This document shows positions 47,889 through 61,000 of a DNA stretch of 64,000 bases, piece after piece (position 1 is the first letter of the stretch; each line of letters starts with the position of its first letter). The notes under the pieces were generated by a model, which saw nothing but the letters and a program-made list of their open reading frames with translations, was not told where the DNA came from and made no database searches. A program made the position numbers and the translations under genes. The stretch is from Saccostrea echinata (taxonomy: Eukaryota): positions 68,634,001-68,698,000 of the forward strand of contig NW_026889803.1 of NCBI RefSeq assembly GCF_033153115.1, read 5' to 3'.

Positions 47889-48519
47889 TTTTATCCAACG
47901 CAAAACAACACGTGGATCTACACCGGAAATAAACATAAGAATATAATATGTAAAATTCTCTGAACGGATTTACCGTAAACGAATTTCAGAGTTTATCCTA
48001 ATAAATTGCAATATCAGAAAATAAAACTTTTGATATTAAAGAAAATTATTCAAATTTTTAACCGCTTGTTTTATTATTTGCAAAAAAAAAAAAAAAAAAA
48101 TGAAACGCAGAATTTCATTAAAATGTCGTTTACACATTCTAGCAGTCTAAGGGAGATCACTCTTATTCATCTTGGAAGTGAAAGCCAGACCGATTTTGAC
48201 TGTAGTAAGTGATCCTTTCTACTTCGAAGTTATCATGGTTATGTGGAGATTGAATGATTTCAGTGCATTTCTCCCTCTCGTCTTTCTTCTGAAATGTCCT
48301 TCTATATTTTCCGAATGTATTAATTCTTTAACCTGTTAACCGCTCTGCTATCTCAAATTTGAAATCTGAAATCAGCTGATTTGTCAACAGTGGTCAAACT
48401 GTAAATTATTAATGGCCCAAAACCGAATAGAGGCAGTTTCTTCAAGGATATGTGGCCACTTTCCTTTTGATTTATTTCTAAGTTAATCTGATGAGGTAGA
48501 TTTTTATGCATGAAATATG

Positions 48520-48680
48520 AATATAATTAACGAACAGCAAATCAAACTCAAAAGTCCATTGAAACAATACAAATTGGAGCAGTCTAAAACAGAGGTGGGA
48601 TCAGGTGCCATGGAGGAGTATGCATCCCCTGTTAACTGGTCACACCCAAGGTGTGCTCCTTGCCTTGATCAGGTAAACGA
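48520..48680 (-). mobile_element. Fragment of an interspersed repeat, probably Penelope-like
   Basis: gaggtgggatcaggtgcc...gcatcccctg...ggtcacacc...cttgatcaggtaaacg resembles a common oyster repeat as recalled; not verified by search. Confidence 0.4.
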
Positions 48681-49278
48681 AAAAATAGTTAGACAAACCA
48701 TTATTGCTGAAAAACAATTTGTATATGTATACACATGCATATTCACTAAGGGCCACATTTAAAGGTTGTAGATCAGCATCCAATTAAATTAAAAGTTCAT
48801 TTGAGAAAAGGATATTAGAAGTTTGAACAATTAATATTGTACAACTATTAAATATCAATTGATATTTTAAGCATAACATAGAAAAATGAAATTGATGTTA
48901 AACAAACCCCTAGGAAGACCATAGTGTAGCTTTGCCTGCACCTTTGAGGGGGTCTGAAGCAGCCCCTTCCCAATTGGCAAATGATTTTTCTTATACACAT
49001 GTACGTATCTCCAGAAGAGACAGTTTTCCCCCAGACTCTGGATTAGTCCCTAATTTAAGCATTATAACATCAGGTTTTAAAATCACAGATATTTTATCAG
49101 TGATCCATTTTCAAAGTAAAGCCAATAATTTTTATTTCTCTTTATCAGTGTTTATTGTATTTATAAATCTTAATTGCTCTACTTTTAAGCATGTGAAGCA
49201 TATTACACTTTGAAGGTGACTTTCGTACTTATCTATATATTCCTAATTTTTCTATATAGAAATTTACAGCAAAGAAAA

Positions 49279-52200
49279 ATGTCTGATCACTCATTGTCTG
49301 AATACCTCAACACAGCACTGGAAGTGGCCCAGATAGCCGGGGAGGTAAGTTTGTATTACAGATCTACAAAGTTGTGTACTTGTATATTTATCCCAACATG
49401 GCACTGAAAGTGGCCCAGAAAGTAGGGGAGGTAAGTATGCATTATGTATCAACACAGTCTTCTAGAAAATGGGAGGAAAGTATGTAATATACATCTCAAC
49501 ACAATTATGGGTCAAAACAGCACTGGAAATGACCAGAAATGAGGGCAAAGAGAGAAGATTTAGTAGATTCACTTCAGCATGTTCAGTGGATTCTTCATTT
49601 GGTAGATGTCCAGATTATTAAATAAATCTCATTCCTTTATAACTGCTATCTGCTGGTTGTTGTTGATCTGTACAACTATATGTCAGAGATATTTCATCTA
49701 GTCTAATATCAGTTGATAATTTGATTCTTCAATACAGCAGGAGTCTTTTTGCTGATTGTCAGGTGGTCAAAGACGCATTTTACAAAGACAAAGATCAGAA
49801 GACAAAAGAATCCTACGCGGATATTGTCACGGAAACAGACCAAGCTGTGGAAAAACTGATCATATCTTTACTGCAGGAAAAATACCCATCTCATAAGTAA
49901 GTATATTGTAAAGTATCAAACTTATGAAAATACCCATCTCATAAGCATGAAAAATCAGTATTGTAAAGTATATCAAACACATAACTAAGAATTGTAAAAA
50001 ACCAAACTTGATCCAGTATTGTAACAGTATCCAACTTATAATAAAAATGTTAAACTACCTTATCTGTAAGGTTTGTAAAAGCATCTGTAAGGGTTGTAAA
50101 GTATTAAGTCATCATAATGTTAAAGTGTTTAACTGGGCAGACTACTATTGTAAAAGTATTTTACTCATCATAAGTTTTCATAAAGTATCTTCTCATTACA
50201 CACAGTTTTAGTTGAGTAACAGAAATCAGTCCAGACTTTGATTCCATGGTTTTTCCAATACAAGATTTATAGGAGAGGAATCCACAGCAGAAGGAAAGAA
50301 AGTAGAATGGACAGACACACCAACATGGATCATTGACCCCATTGATGGAACAGCCAACTTTGTACACAACATTCCTCAGACCTGTGTGTGTATTGGTCTG
50401 TCTGTAAATAGAGAGGTGAGTTACATTGATGGAACAGCCAACTTTGTACACAACATTCCTCAGACCTGTGTGTGTATTGGTCTGTCTGTAAATAGAGAGG
50501 TGAGTTACATTGATGGAACAGCCAATTTTATACACAACATTCCTCAGACCTGTGTGTGTATTCATCTGTCTGTAAATGGAGAGGTGAGTTACATTGATGG
50601 AACAGCCAATTTTGTACACAACATTCCTCAGACCTGTGTTTGTATTGGTCTGTCTGTAAATAGAGAGGTGAGTTACATTGATGGAACAGCCAACTTTGTA
50701 CACAACATTCCTCAGACCTGTGTGTGTATTGGTCAGTCTGTAAGTAGAGAGGTGAGTTACATTGATGGAACAGCCAACTTTGTACACAACATTCCTCAGA
50801 CCTGTGTGTGTATTGGTCTGTCTGTAAATAGAGAGGTGAGTTACATTGATGGAACAGCCAACTTTGTACACAACATACCTCAGACCTGTGTGTGTATTGG
50901 TCTGTCTGTAAATAGAGAGGTGAGTTACATTGATGGAACAGCCAATTTTATACACAACATTCCTCAGACCTGTGTGTGCATTCATCTGTCTGTAAATAGA
51001 GAGGTGAGTTACATTGCTGGAACAGCCAATTTTGTACACAACATTCCTCAGACCTGTGTGTGTATTGGTCAGTCTGTAAGTAGAGAGGTGAGTTACATTG
51101 ATGGAACAGCCAACTTTGTACACAACATTCCTCAGACCTGTGTGTGTATTGGTCTGTCTGTAAATAGAGAGGTGAGTTACATTGATGGAACAACCAATTT
51201 TGTACACAACAATCCTCAGACCTGTGTGTGTATTGGTCTGTCAGTTTTAATAAAGAGGTGAGTTATATTTATGGAACAGCCAACTTTGTACACAACTTTC
51301 CTCAGACCTGTGTTTGTATTGGTCTGTCGGTTAATAGAGAGGTGAGTTACACCGATGGAACAGCCAACTTTGTACACAACATTCCTCAGACCTGTGTGTG
51401 TATTGGTCTGTCCATTAATAAAGAGGTGAGTTACATTGATGGAACAGCCAACTTTGTGCATGACATTCCTTAAACCTGTGTGTGTATTGGTCTGTCAATT
51501 AATGGAGAGGTGGGTTACACTGATGGAAGAGCCAACTTTGTGCACGATGTTCCTTAGACCTGTGTGTGTATTGGTCTGTCTGTAAGTAGAGAGGTGAGTT
51601 ACACTGATGGAACAGCCAACTTTGTACACAACATTCCTCAGACCTGTTTTTGTATTGGTCTGTCCTTCAATAGAATGGTGAGATTCATTGATGGAACAGC
51701 CATAGTGTTTTCAATATTCCTCAGACTTGCTTGTGTATTTGTCTGTCTCTCAGTGGAGAGTTGAGTTATATTTATGGAACAGCAAATTTTGTACACAACA
51801 TTCCTCATACTTGTGTGTGCATTGGTCTGTCTGTCAAATGAGGCATGGTTACAAGTTCTGCATTATCAGCTACTTAAATAACAGGATAAAGTTCATGTAT
51901 CTGTTGGTAAAGAGATTGGGTATTACATTTTCACCTGAATCACAACATTTGATATTAGATTGAATCTTTTTGTTCAACATGTTCAAACTATGAACCCTTG
52001 GGCAGGTACCAGTATTTTTGAAGCTACTAAAGGGTGCAGTGTTTTACGAAGAAATTTATCACTAAATCTTTAAAGGAATTATAACATGGCTGCATCTTTT
52101 TGCTAATCTATAGGCTAGAGTCCTTACCTTGTGACCATTGCCCTAAAAACTATTTTATAACAACTGTATATTTTTCTATCTAACACACTGGTGTGTGATA

Positions 52201-53601
52201 CACATTGTAGTATGTCACAGATTATTGTATGTTACAGATTGTGGTAGGAGTTGTACATCTTCCTATAACAGGACAAACGTACTCAGCGTCCAGAGGGGGC
52301 GGAGCTTATTGTAACAAACAGAAAATAACAGTATCCAAGGTCAAAGGTCAGCAATGTAGACTCTCAGTCTTATCTCTATATTTTTTAAAATCACAATTTT
52401 AAATATTTTTTTAAAAGTATTTACAAGATATGAAGGTACAAAGTACTTAATTTGTAGCTGCACTGTTTTCAAAGAAAAAAAATCTCTTATTTATAGGTAT
52501 TTTATAAAGCAAATTCTACTTCATAGAGAAAAAAAAATGATTTTCTACAGTCCTTTATTTTTAATTGGGCTCCCACACAGTCCTTTACTTTTATTTTTCC
52601 TGTTTAACTCTTCCTCTTTATATAGACCTAAAGAAGTCGGTAGTTATAACTGAGGCAGGGAATTCTAGAGATTCACAGATATTGTCAACAAAGATGAAGA
52701 ATGTTCATAGAGTGGTGGAAGCTTCACATGGGTAGGTGGTTATCATGTCCTTACATATGTGCTGCTTGTAATCTTGTGCAATTCACAGTGTAAGAGCATA
52801 TTTGTGTAACAGGAAAGGAGAAAATGTATGGCTGGACCGGGAATTGAACCCGGGACCCCTGCATCACTAGTCAGGTGCTCTACCCACTGAGCTACCCAGG
52901 CCGATATCCACAGCCAAAACCATTACATTCCTCCCTCCTTAAATTGTCTTTGCCCCAGAAGACACAACCCAAGTTCTTATTAGCCCCTGGCAGGACTTAC
53001 ACCTGCAAGTCCAGGGGTGGTCAACGGCACCAAATCTTTAACAGGAAAGGAGAATATGTATGGCTAGACTGGAAATCGAACCCGGGACCCGTGCATCACT
53101 AGTCAGGTGCTCTACCCACTGAGCTACCCAGGTCAATATCCACGGCCCAAACCATTACACTTGTAAGCTTTGTCTATCAAGGATGCATGGCTACACTGTT
53201 AATCAAAGATACCTTTTTTTTAGGGTTAGGATGTTGGGTTCTGCAGCTGTTAATATGTGCATGGTTGCTTCAGGAAGTGGGGAAGCTTATTTTGAATATG
53301 GCATTCACATCTGGGATATTGCTGCTGCAGGGATAATATTTACTGAGGCAGGAGGCCTCTTGATTGACCCCTCAGGTACCTCCTACATTTTGTTGCTACT
53401 TTTTCACTGTATTATGTCTCTAGATAGACTCCATCATAGTCCTCTTGTTTCTTTGATCACATGACTACTTTGATAACTTTCACTTTTGTTTTAGGGAGAG
53501 ATGTTGACTTGCTGAGCAGACAGGTATTGGCTGCCTGTAATCAATCCATAGCAGACCAGTTAATTCCTCTACTCACTCATGTAGAATTTGATCGTGATTA
53601 G
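49279..53601 (+). CDS. IMPA1: Inositol monophosphatase (IMPA1/2 family)
   Basis: Exons 49279-49344, 49763-49896, 50265-50415, 52238-52346, 52626-52731, 53224-53375, 53495-53601. Motifs: [61 protein letters not shown], ends RD*. Confidence 0.95.
49305..49460 (+). repeat. Degenerate 86-bp duplication of the IMPA first coding exon end plus donor
   Basis: caacacagcactggaagtggcccagatagccggggag|gtaagt recurs as caacatggcactgaaagtggcccagaaagtaggggag|gtaagt (donor 49431). Confidence 0.85.
50340..51845 (+). repeat. 84-bp array (about 18 copies) of an IMPA exon end plus donor; in frame
   Basis: Unit = 76 nt of exon ([25 protein letters not shown]) + gtgagtta; donors at 50416 (real), 50500, 50584 ... 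51172, then degenerate. Confidence 0.97.
52805..53159 (-). mobile_element. TRIM (miniature LTR retrotransposon) with tRNA-derived LTRs, Helenus-like
   Basis: Two 123-bp direct repeats (52805-52927, 53037-53159) with TG...CA ends. Each carries a tRNA-like sequence on the minus strand (A box tagctcagtgg, B box ggttc(g/a)att, loop ctagtga). PBS tggtgccgttgacc lies 4 nt inside the 5' LTR, PPT aaggagggaggaa precedes the 3' LTR, and the flanks tttg/cttg form a 4-bp TSD with 1 mismatch. Confidence 0.88.
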
Positions 53602-55089
53602 TGCAACCAATACTTTAATATATTATCTTTATGATATATTTATATTTGTATGTATTTCTTAATGAATGTTTCAATTAGTTTTTTATCAAGTCAATGTTTA
53701 TTACTTTAGAGCTATAAATATAATTAACTACTAAATCTTTATCCTTTCTTTTAATTTACATCTTAATATTAATGTAATTTTGATAAAGTATGTGCTTTAG
53801 AAGGAGACGTGATCCTACCTGGTGTTCTATAGAGTGGCTAGAGCATGTTAGCATAGATTTGTCAAGAATATGTACTATTGTACCATGATGTAAAAATTAA
53901 CAACAGCATTCAGCTACACATATTTGTGGTTATAGCTAGTGCAGGGAACTCTATCCAGGCTAATTGATTTGAATCTGACTTTGTTTAAGCTATCATTGTG
54001 TTCCACTTTCTTGACTCACAAACTGGGTACTTTTAATCATTTGTAAAACATAATGATAAAATATTTTTATAAGTAGTTCTTACAAAGAATTCAAAGGAAG
54101 AAAACAGGCCCAAGGCCTTAGCAGTTACTTGAGTAGCATAGGTTTTATCTTGATTTCGTATGAGCTACTTAGCCCCACCTTAAACTCTAGACTCAGGTAA
54201 TGTAAATTACATAATTTTATGAGGACTCTGTGTTCTCTATCAGATTCATGAAGCTTGTTTCTAGATACCTAGGAGGTGTGTAATTTCTGTGAAGATACAA
54301 AAAAAAAAGTGTTGCCATGGTGACTAAAAAAAATTCTATGAAATTCCTTTAGAATGTTACCCCTCCTACAATGTTGGTATGATATCAATAAGACTTGGTA
54401 CACAGGAAGTCATTATACTAAGAAACATAATTCCGTAGCATATCTGTTTTTAATTCTAATGGTGTTGTGATGGTTTCCAAAAACAACTTGATGTGTAAAT
54501 GTGACATGAAAGCCCCTGCTGACATGCAAATTTTAAATATTTGAAAGTCCAGGATACATAAATTACATGCAATTAATAAAGGGTAGAATAATCCTGATCT
54601 TGTGTGACTATTTTTATGGAGGTTTTATGCCGAGACTGCCCATTTGAGTTCAACACTGAGTATATGACCATCACCTTTGAAGTGGTCAGTTAGAAACCAA
54701 AAATAATTCATTTCAAAATTCACAAACACATCATGTGTATAATTTAATAAAGCATATTTAAGTAAGTGTATAAGTAGTCAGAAAAAGTCAATTAAAAAAA
54801 AACTAGGACACATGTACAGCAGTAATATGAGAAGGGAATGATATTGTCATAGAATTATGAATTAACACAATTCAGTTGTAATGGCAATGCTTGTGAAGCC
54901 ATAAGTTTGGCTTGTGTGAACACTGACTGCTAAGTTTAACCACACAACACTGATGTCTACAGTTGATAATACTGGATTGGATATACCAGTTGGCTGGCAC
55001 TGACTCAAGCATAAAATAAATCACATTGCACTGTTCCCACATAAGAGCTCTGTTTTGATTGGTTCACACCATAGCTGTTTGTGTTGACG

Positions 55090-58000
55090 TCAGCTATTGG
55101 CTTTCAGCATGTTGTTTTCCTCAGTCAGTGCCAGGAGGCGTTTTGCCAGCTGTGAGTTGTGTTGCTTGAGATAACGAATCATGTCTGCCTGCCTCTCCAG
55201 AACCTGGTCAGAGTAACTGTCATCTCTGTGGAGAAAAATCAGGTTAGAACGGTTTGTTAGATACCACCAAATATAAAAAAAAACAAGGCAATTCAGATAT
55301 CTGATTATTCATTGAGTAAAGAAACGTTTTGTTCATGATTGCTTTTGCGTTTTTCTTTGTTATATCTCTATTATTAATTTGTAAATTTTGGTTAATTTCA
55401 CTTCAGTGTAGTGTTTGTAGGCTAATGTAAATAAAACAGCTTGAAGAAAGCTACCAACTAGAGTACGCTATAGGTTTTCCATAGTAAGCTACCAACTAGA
55501 GTACTCTATAGGTTTTTCAGCTACCAACTAGAGTACTCTATAGGTTTTCCATAGTAATGTTGGAAATACTGTAGAAGAACGTATTTTCATGGGGATAAAA
55601 TTTCGTTGATTTGTCCTCTAAAAAGCTTTCGTGGGTATTAAATTTCGTTGTTTTCAACAGGTTGGGGGTATATCACTATTATAGTGAGATTCCGCTATAT
55701 TTTCAGCCGTAGTTACCCTCGATTTCATCAAACAACATGTTTGCTGTTTAAAGCGCAAGCCATGGTGGGTATAAAAATGGACAATAATTGATATCTTTAC
55801 ATGTTATGAATTTTATTAAATTTTCTGTCGATGCTTTTAATAATGCGAACACACTTTTGAAAACGGAAGTTACATTTTTAACATAGCAACCAGTGATTGC
55901 AGTAGTATTCAAGCATAACTAAGTCTTATTTTCTCTCACACATGTATACAAATTGTTGCTTGTAATAACTTTCAACCCAGATGAGAAGAAGTATGTCGAA
56001 TTTGCAGTAGAAATGATGATTTTTGACAGCATGGTTACCGGTATGGAGGCCCGTTGTAGCAAATGGAAAAAGCTCAATGCATGTACACTTATATCACTGA
56101 TGTATCTGATTTAATTATTTCTTTTAAATGCAATAAATCGTAAACAATCTGTAAAATGTCACTTCAGCAGGTAATCCCAAATATGATGTTTATATGATAT
56201 TTGTCTTGGGAATGTTAAACAAAATATTGAAAAAAAAATTCCTTGTACCTTTTCTTTAATTTCTGCATGATAACCTTGATGAAAAAAAAACTGTATACAA
56301 TGACTATAAAGTATATAGTGTGGGGAATATTTGGCATAATTTCTCAGAAGAAATATTTGTGCTTTATATTATACAATTATTGACTTTGATGAGGTGTTCT
56401 CGTGACTATACAAACCTGGCCAGGTATTGGTTGACCGAGGTCGAATGCTGAGATTACATTGTAACCAATACCTGTCCAGGTTTGTATAGTCACAGGTAAA
56501 CCGAATTTAAAAGGCAATAACCGTTTTATTAAATAATAAGAAATTTTACATTCTTGACACTTCAGTTCTTTTCTCCTACAAATGTAAACAATCATTACAT
56601 ATTGTGTAGTGTAATGCCCTGTTCACACGGAGAGTTTAATTCGCAGTAAATTAATGCGAAGTAAAATGATGCGAATTCAACTAATGCGAATTAAATTGTG
56701 TTCACACGACAGCTAATGCGAAGTAAACTAATGCGAATTAAAATTTTATTTCTACTATAAGGCTATTCAGTAAGGCTATTATGACGTCATTTGCAAATCA
56801 TGTCACACTGTGCAGAGCAGATATGCATTTGACATAATTTCATAGTGTCTGTACAGTTTTTAGTGATTAACATAGTTTTCTTTTGTTTTCCACTCAAAAT
56901 AGCACAAATACCTATATTTAACCACCGACATGTGGCATGTGATTTAATTCTGCCCCTACGCATGCGTCAAAATTTAATTCGAATTAGCTTCGCTTAGCGT
57001 TCACACGGAGCTAATGCGAAGTAATTTAATGTGCAATAAACTAATTCGAATTAAACTAATTCGCATTATATTCTCCGTGTGAACGCGGATCAAATTTAAT
57101 TCGCAGTAACTTATGTTTAATTCGAATTAAACTCTCCATGTGAACAGGGCATAAAAAACGTATTATAATGATATTTCAACTTAACAACTGATTAACAGTG
57201 GAAAACAACATTCTAATAATTAAATACTCGACTTTTTAAATTAAATTTGAGGGGAACTCACTCTAAGGTACACATCAGGAAAGAGAGTCTAAAGCAATCA
57301 GAGAGGATCAAAATTCCTGATCATTTAATAATATGTTTCATCCACACAATTATGATGCACAAAAATAAAGAATGGTTATTTATTTTTCATCTGAAACACG
57401 AAATATTGGCCGTAGTTTCAAAAAAAAAAAAATGTTGAGAAATATTTATATCCACTGCAGATTTTCTTCTCTTTTAAGTGTATATGAAAACCACTTCTTT
57501 CATCATTCAGTGAATTTTGATTATTGCTGGTTTTTCAAGTCACCTGAAGATTTCTTTCGCAGTGTGCTTTTCAATCAGTGAAACTCACAATGACGTACAT
57601 ATAAATAATACAATATTTAACGTACTTAAACCTACTTTATATAATTATTTACATTGTATACAAATAAATATAAACAAATAATGTCTTTCTTTATTCATTA
57701 AAGGGAATAAACGGTTGCAGCTTTTGCAGAAAACTTCTAACGCAGGTTACTATCCTGTGCATTTTTTCTGCAATAGTTGTAACGTTTATTCCTGGACTAA
57801 CAATCAAATAGAACAATTTATTTTTTAAATACTTGGTAAAATTTTCAAATTAAGAAACCGTTCCACTTTTTGTCAAATTTGATATTGTCATTCTGGTATA
57901 ATTTCAATTAGGATTTCATAATCTTTTTTCAGCTCAGAACATTCTAGAATAAAATTTCATGCTATAAACAATAAATTTCAAGTATATAAAGTTTTCTTTA

Positions 58001-61000
58001 TCTTGATAAGGCTAAATCGTTCAAACTTGTGGTTTCATCATTGAGACAATAAACATTATACTGGGAATTACCTGTAGAAGTGGCGTCTTATAAATGTTGT
58101 GCGATTTATTACATTTAAGTAATACAAATCAGATACATCAGTGTTATAAGTGTACATGCACTGAGCTTTTTTCATTTGCCACATCGGGCCTCCATATCGG
58201 TAACCATGCTGTCAAAAATCATCATTTCTACTGCAAATTCGACATACTTCTTCTCATCCGGGTTGAAAGTAATTACAAGCAACAATTTGTATACATGTGT
58301 GAGAGAAAATAAGACTTAGTTATGCTTGAATACTACTGCAATCACTGGTTGCTATGTTAAAAATGTAACTTCCGTTTTCAAAAGTGTGTTCGCATTATTA
58401 AAAGCATCGGCAGAAAATTTAATAAAATTCATAACATGTAAAGATATCAATTATTGTCCATTTTTATACCCACCATGACTTGCGCTTTAAACAGCAAGCA
58501 TGTTGTTTGATGAAATCGAGGGTAACTACGGCTGAAAATATAGCGGAATCTCACTATAATAGTGATATACCACTATTATAGCGGAATTTACGTTGCCCCC
58601 CAACCTGTTCAAAATACCCCAATTCAATTTATTCAAATTAAAGTCATATAAAAATTTTGTGTGGGATTTAATTTTGTTGATAATCGTTAACAACAAAATT
58701 AACAAAATTTAATTCCCAATGAATATTTCTGCTTTTACAGTAAGGCCATTTTATATTAGATTTTTTTCAACAAAGATTAAGTAAACACTAGCTGCAGATG
58801 TGCGTCTCATTGAAAAGACAACATTTTGTTTAACTTGAATGTCCTCTGGCTCTGCATCTAAATGCGTTTATGAATTAAGAAACTGTGAAGATTAAGTAAA
58901 ATGTCAACACTACCTCCATGTCCATCCATTTATAAACAAAAGAAGCTCCGTACTAATTGGTGAGCATCAAGAAATATTTAACAACAGCCTCTCTTTCTCC
59001 AAAATTACAACTTTTCCATTTTAAACAATATTTAAATGATAATTTTAATGTTTATACATATGAATTTTGAAAAGTATCATTGCATTTTATCACAAACGTA
59101 ATAAGCCTTAGGATAACTTATGTTAAAGCAATGTCTATGTGAATTACAATGCAGAATGTATGCTTAATTTCAACATGAATCTTAAAATATATTTCCATGG
59201 TGATGGTAGTTTATAAATTTCAGTCGAACTTCATTATCTCAAACATAGATATTTCATATACAATGAATATGTCAAAGTCACTATGAAGTCCCAACTACTC
59301 TTTCTTTATGTACATTTTGTATTTTAACCTCATTGTACCGAATCCTCAGATATCTAAATTTTTTCAGTCCCATAAAGTTTGAGATAACAAAGTTTTACTG
59401 TAATAGTCTTTCTGTTAAGTAACACACTGGTTTGATGTATACTTACTTGAATCCTATTTCGGATGTGATGTTGTTTTGTAATTGTCTCTCTGTACACTAA
59501 CAATGACTTGATGTATACTTACTTGAATCCTATTTCGGAGGTGACACTGCTTTGTAAGAAGCTGTTCATCATGTCTTCTCGAGCTACATCTGGTCCTACT
59601 TGGCTTTTGTTAAAGTTAACAGACATCCCTACAAATAGAAGGAATCATTATGTCAAACAAACGAAAAAAAATCTGCGAGTTTTCTTTAAATTTAATTATA
59701 GAACAGACATAAAATTTGAAATGTTCTTCAAAATTGTTGCCCTTAAATGTTGTGAATTTAATTTTTAAGAGTCAGTATGTAATAAATATTTTTTTGACAG
59801 ACTGAAATTTTTGCTTAGGTCTTGAACTGTTCCATGATCCTGGGATCATAACAAACCTTTACCATAATAGAAAAACAAACCTTTACTAGGCATAAAGCAA
59901 TAAAACACTACAATTTGAATTCTCCTTTGAAAAGCACTCATGAGGTTGAAAGTTTAAGCCCTCATGTAATTTGATTGTTTCATTTCTATCCATGGTACAA
60001 TATCATTCACAACCCCATACTTAATAAAACTTACCCATATACCACACTAGAATAGCTAAGATGACAGCCATTTCTACTGATATTCCAATCTGAAGGCCCA
60101 GTCTTTCATCCTTATTGTTTTTCTCTAGATTACCAAACAGACACAGCACAATCACCAAGATGGCATTAGCTAAAAAAGAGATATTGACCTGCATGTAAAT
60201 TTAAGTATCAATGCTAATTAATACAATGAATAGAAGTCACTTCTTTGCAGACTACAAATTGCTAGTGAAAACAATCATTATTATAACAAATATGATTGGC
60301 TAGGGAATACCAGTATTGGGGTTTTTCATCAGATCTGGATATCATCCTTCAGATTTGCTCAAATTAAGTGAAAAATGAGAAATTCTAGGAAATTGAACTT
60401 AAATACTGGTACTTTAAAGCTTTATCAGACTGCCATTACTAAGACACAAAACCAGGCATATTATGATCAGTCATTTTGGTTAAAGTTGCCCTTTTTTAAG
60501 GTGAATCTCACCAGCTGAGTTGACCAGTAATGGCGCTCGTCGAATGTGGCGGGTTTTTCTGTAAAACTCCAGGTAACCCAGCTTCCTATTTTTGTTGTGT
60601 TGAACTCGATAGAAGAAATCAAAGAGGAGAATCACAAACCACAATCCTCCATGTATACAGCAGAGTACAGAAAGGTCAGTACACATATCCACCGTACATA
60701 CCCCTCGTAATGGAATCACAAACACACATACTTCTACTATAATCTGTTAATAAAACACATACTTCTACTATAATCTGTCAAGATAAAGGAGGATAGATTT
60801 CATAAACTTCATCATATTTACCAAGATTACAAAGAAATGGAGTTGACAATACTTTTTAAATTACATTTAAAGAAACTTCCAACTAAAACTTGTCTCTGAG
60901 ATTTCTTAAACATAATACAACTATATTTTACCACATTTTGTTAAACAATTGTTAAAAAAATATTTTGCATTCTTTAGTACTTAGTGTGCTGTAACAATAT

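Larger units (their letters stand above)
55567..58742. mobile_element. Tc1/mariner-type MITE (about 220 bp) split by a 2.95-kb insertion
   Basis: TA-CTGTAGAAG ... CTTTTACAG-TA termini; halves at 55567-55657 and 58613-58742. Confidence 0.65.

Noticed and set aside
50161-51207. 348-aa minus-strand ORF
   Set aside because: It is the antisense reading of the 84-bp IMPA array; a stop-free unit of length 3n explains it.
52825-53135. Two tRNA genes
   Set aside because: The tRNA-like sequences are embedded in paired TG...CA LTRs with PBS and PPT, so they are treated as parts of a TRIM.
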